DNA of 64,000 nucleotides from Euprymna scolopes (lineage: Eukaryota): the NCBI GenBank assembly GCA_053919585.1, contig CM132792.1. One strand, 5' to 3'. The position numbers were made by a program, and so were the translations under genes. Below the pieces are notes generated by a model that saw only the letters and a program-made list of their open reading frames with translations, searched no databases and was not told the DNA's origin. Positions 61,556 through 64,000 of this stretch are shown piece by piece (within the stretch, counting starts at the first letter, position 1; each line of letters opens with the position of its first letter).

Positions 61556-62415
61556 ATGTACCCTAGGAATTTTTTAAAAGAGGAAACACTTTATGGCTAG
61601 AAATACCGACAAGAGTTCCAATGTTGGGAGGGATTTTCCCTCGATAGGTGCCATTTTTGTTCTGACAAACACTAAGGATGAGTTTTCATCCTGTATAGTA
61701 TAGTGAAAAACCATATGCACTTTTAAATGTATCACAAAAGAAAAATAACTTTGTATCCATTCCTTCATCCAAAACTGTCCTAGGAAAAGATACGGAATCT
61801 AATGCTGATAGATCGTTCGCCAGCGTTCTCAATACTGATCTCATGCTTTGTGGAACCCCATCATCTCAACTTAATTTTTGTCTCCACAATTGCCTCATCA
61901 ACAGACAACTTCACAAGGTTACGGGCAAATAAAGAGACAAAGGATCAAATATTTTAGAGATCTCGGATAATATCTTCCTCTTACTGGAGGCTTCCATAAT
62001 GCATCAGTTTAGGAGGGGGGGAGATTTTTATGGAATCCTGAACTGAGTCATACAAATATTCCAACAGTCTTTCCCAACCAGAGTCAAATCTGTTTCCATT
62101 TTCTTTTGGAGCTTTACAGAGTTAAAATTGCAAGACTACAAATCAAAATTCCTTTTATGTAGACGCTCTCTTACAGATGTATATAAAAAAGATAGGGCTT
62201 CTGCATTATTCCCAGTTTCTACTTGCCTACATAGAAATTGGACTTCAGTGCTTGCAAATGTTCATTCCAAGGGAATTTTGTGCATAAAACTTGTGTACAT
62301 GATTTAAAATAAAAGGATTTAAAGTGAATCCAAATATAATGGTTTTGTACCAGTAACAATGCAAGGTTTTACCTTTCTTCAGGAAAAAAACCGATTACAA
62401 TCTTTTTCATTGATA
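61556..62415 (-). pseudogene. pol: BEL/Pao RT-RNase H fragment
   Basis: KSLPTLELLSVFLAIKC and FDPLSLFA-like segments; heavily frameshifted. Confidence 0.75.
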
Positions 62416-62419
62416 GTCC

Positions 62420-64000
62420 ATTTATTTCGGGTTTGCAAAAGGGGTAAGTATTGGCCCTTCCACCGGTGCCAGAATGTCTGCGCCAAGTGTTGAACATTCC
62501 TCCATTGTCACCGAGAAGCGTCCTTTATGTCAAAGCTGCCTAGAGGTGCAGGAACGGGTCCAGTCTTTTGGGTTAGGAGTATCGAAGGAGTCAAGGGGGC
62601 TGGATGCTGTGGGTCTGAGGAAACTTGAATGAGAGGTCTGTTGTTGATAATTGCGGCCACTTCGGCTAAGAAGGTGGTGAGCACTTCATGTGTCAGTCTG
62701 GTGCTTCCATGTTAGAGCAGCATGGAATCGAGGATTCTCTTGGCAATCCCTACCATTCTTTCCCACACTCCACCCTTGTGAGGTGCATGTGGAGGGTTGA
62801 AGAGCCAGGAACAACCATGATCAGCGAGGTGTCTATTTACCGTGCTGGTATTCAGGTTGAATTCGATATCCAATTCTTTCCTAGCTCCGATGAAATTGGA
62901 ACCTTGATCAGAACGGATGATCTTCACAGGACCCCGAATGGAAAAAAAAACGTCTGAGGGTATTTATCAAGCAAGAGGTATCCAGTGACTTCAAGTTTCA
63001 ATATGAACTGCTCTTGTTGACATGCACGTGAAGATCGCAGCCCACCTTTTGCTGTTGGCTAAGCCTCCCCTAGTTCGTCGAGACGTGATGAGCCAAGGCC
63101 CAAACACATCAAGTCCCACATTGGTAAAGGGGGTTTCAAAGGACAGGCGGTCCCTAGGTAGATCAGCCATCTTTTGAATTTGAGTAGGTTCGCAAAGCTT
63201 TCTACAAACTACACGGCAGTGTATAATCCTGCTTATGGGCTTCTTTCCGCCGACAATCCAGAAGCCGGCGGAACAGACTGCACCTTCTGTGAAGTGACGA
63301 CCTTGGTGGTGTATAAGCTGGTAGTGGTGCTTAATAAGCAAGACTGCTACATAGTGCTTTCCTGGAAAGATGAGGGGATGTATGTCGCTGTGATCCAGTG
63401 TGGCTTTACGGCTGCGGCCACCAACCCTGAGGAGACCTTCATTATCGATGAAGGGATCTAATTTGCGGAGTTGGCTGTTCTTGGGGAGCTCCTTGTTTTC
63501 AGGCAGGCAGGAGAATTCCAAGGCATAGATGTCTCTTTGGGCCGACTGGATGATTATATTAAACAGTTGCGCCAGTGCTTCTACTGGAAGTGGTCTTTTG
63601 CAGTAGTGCTAACCGTTACAGTCATCTGTGGTGTCGCTTATGTGGAACGACTGGGATATGTGGATCAAACGAGCGACTGCTTGTTTTACTGTTTTTCAAG
63701 TGGAGATCTTGTGAAGCGGTGGCCCTCGAGCCATACTGAAGAACAATGGGAGGCGAAAGCCGCTACCTTCGGCCGGATTTTAGTCACTTTCAGGATCCAC
63801 TAAGCAATGGGGTTTAGGTTCAGAACGGTTGAAGGTGGGCTTGGAAATGAATAGTGGTCCTTTAAGCCAAGCTGTGGTTGAAAGTTGGGTTGAAGGAATT
63901 GATCTAGTTCCGCTGTCGGCTGGGTTTCTATCTGTGGGCACATAGTGCCATTGTTCAGGCCGAGATGACTGACGGATGCGGCGCACTCAATTGCTGACAT
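62420..64000 (-). pseudogene. pol: BEL/Pao (different lineage) RNase H-integrase, running off the window end
   Basis: WHYVPTDRNPAD, LRVGGR, HHQGRH, GLDVFGPW, RAVHIE, IRSDQGSNF, GGVWER; GC-richer than neighbours. Confidence 0.9.

Overview
This is eukaryotic (invertebrate-like, AT-rich) DNA made almost entirely of nested and fragmented transposable elements, with no host gene visible. It contains a full-length but degenerate Ty3/Gypsy element, at least four BEL/Pao segments and two solo LTRs with 4-bp TSDs. It also has five hAT copies (one with an intact 618-aa transposase), an intact-ORF THAP/P element, three Merlin remnants, mariner and maT-like pieces, a Helitron helicase, a PHD-OTU-Mutator-like remnant, a Penelope-like element, CR1-type LINE fragments and several foldback elements. 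Four observations stand out. (1) About 21 of 23 orientable coding TE segments lie on the minus strand, as expected of a uni-strand, flamenco-like piRNA cluster transcribed from the plus strand. (2) A BEL/Pao integrase ends in tandem TAF3-like PHD fingers, a possible H3K4me3-reading analogue of the chromovirus chromodomain. (3) A minimal type-I hammerhead ribozyme lies near the Penelope-like element. (4) Many junctions lack TSDs, indicating recombination or deletion between elements. All family assignments come from motifs recognised by eye; no database search was run.
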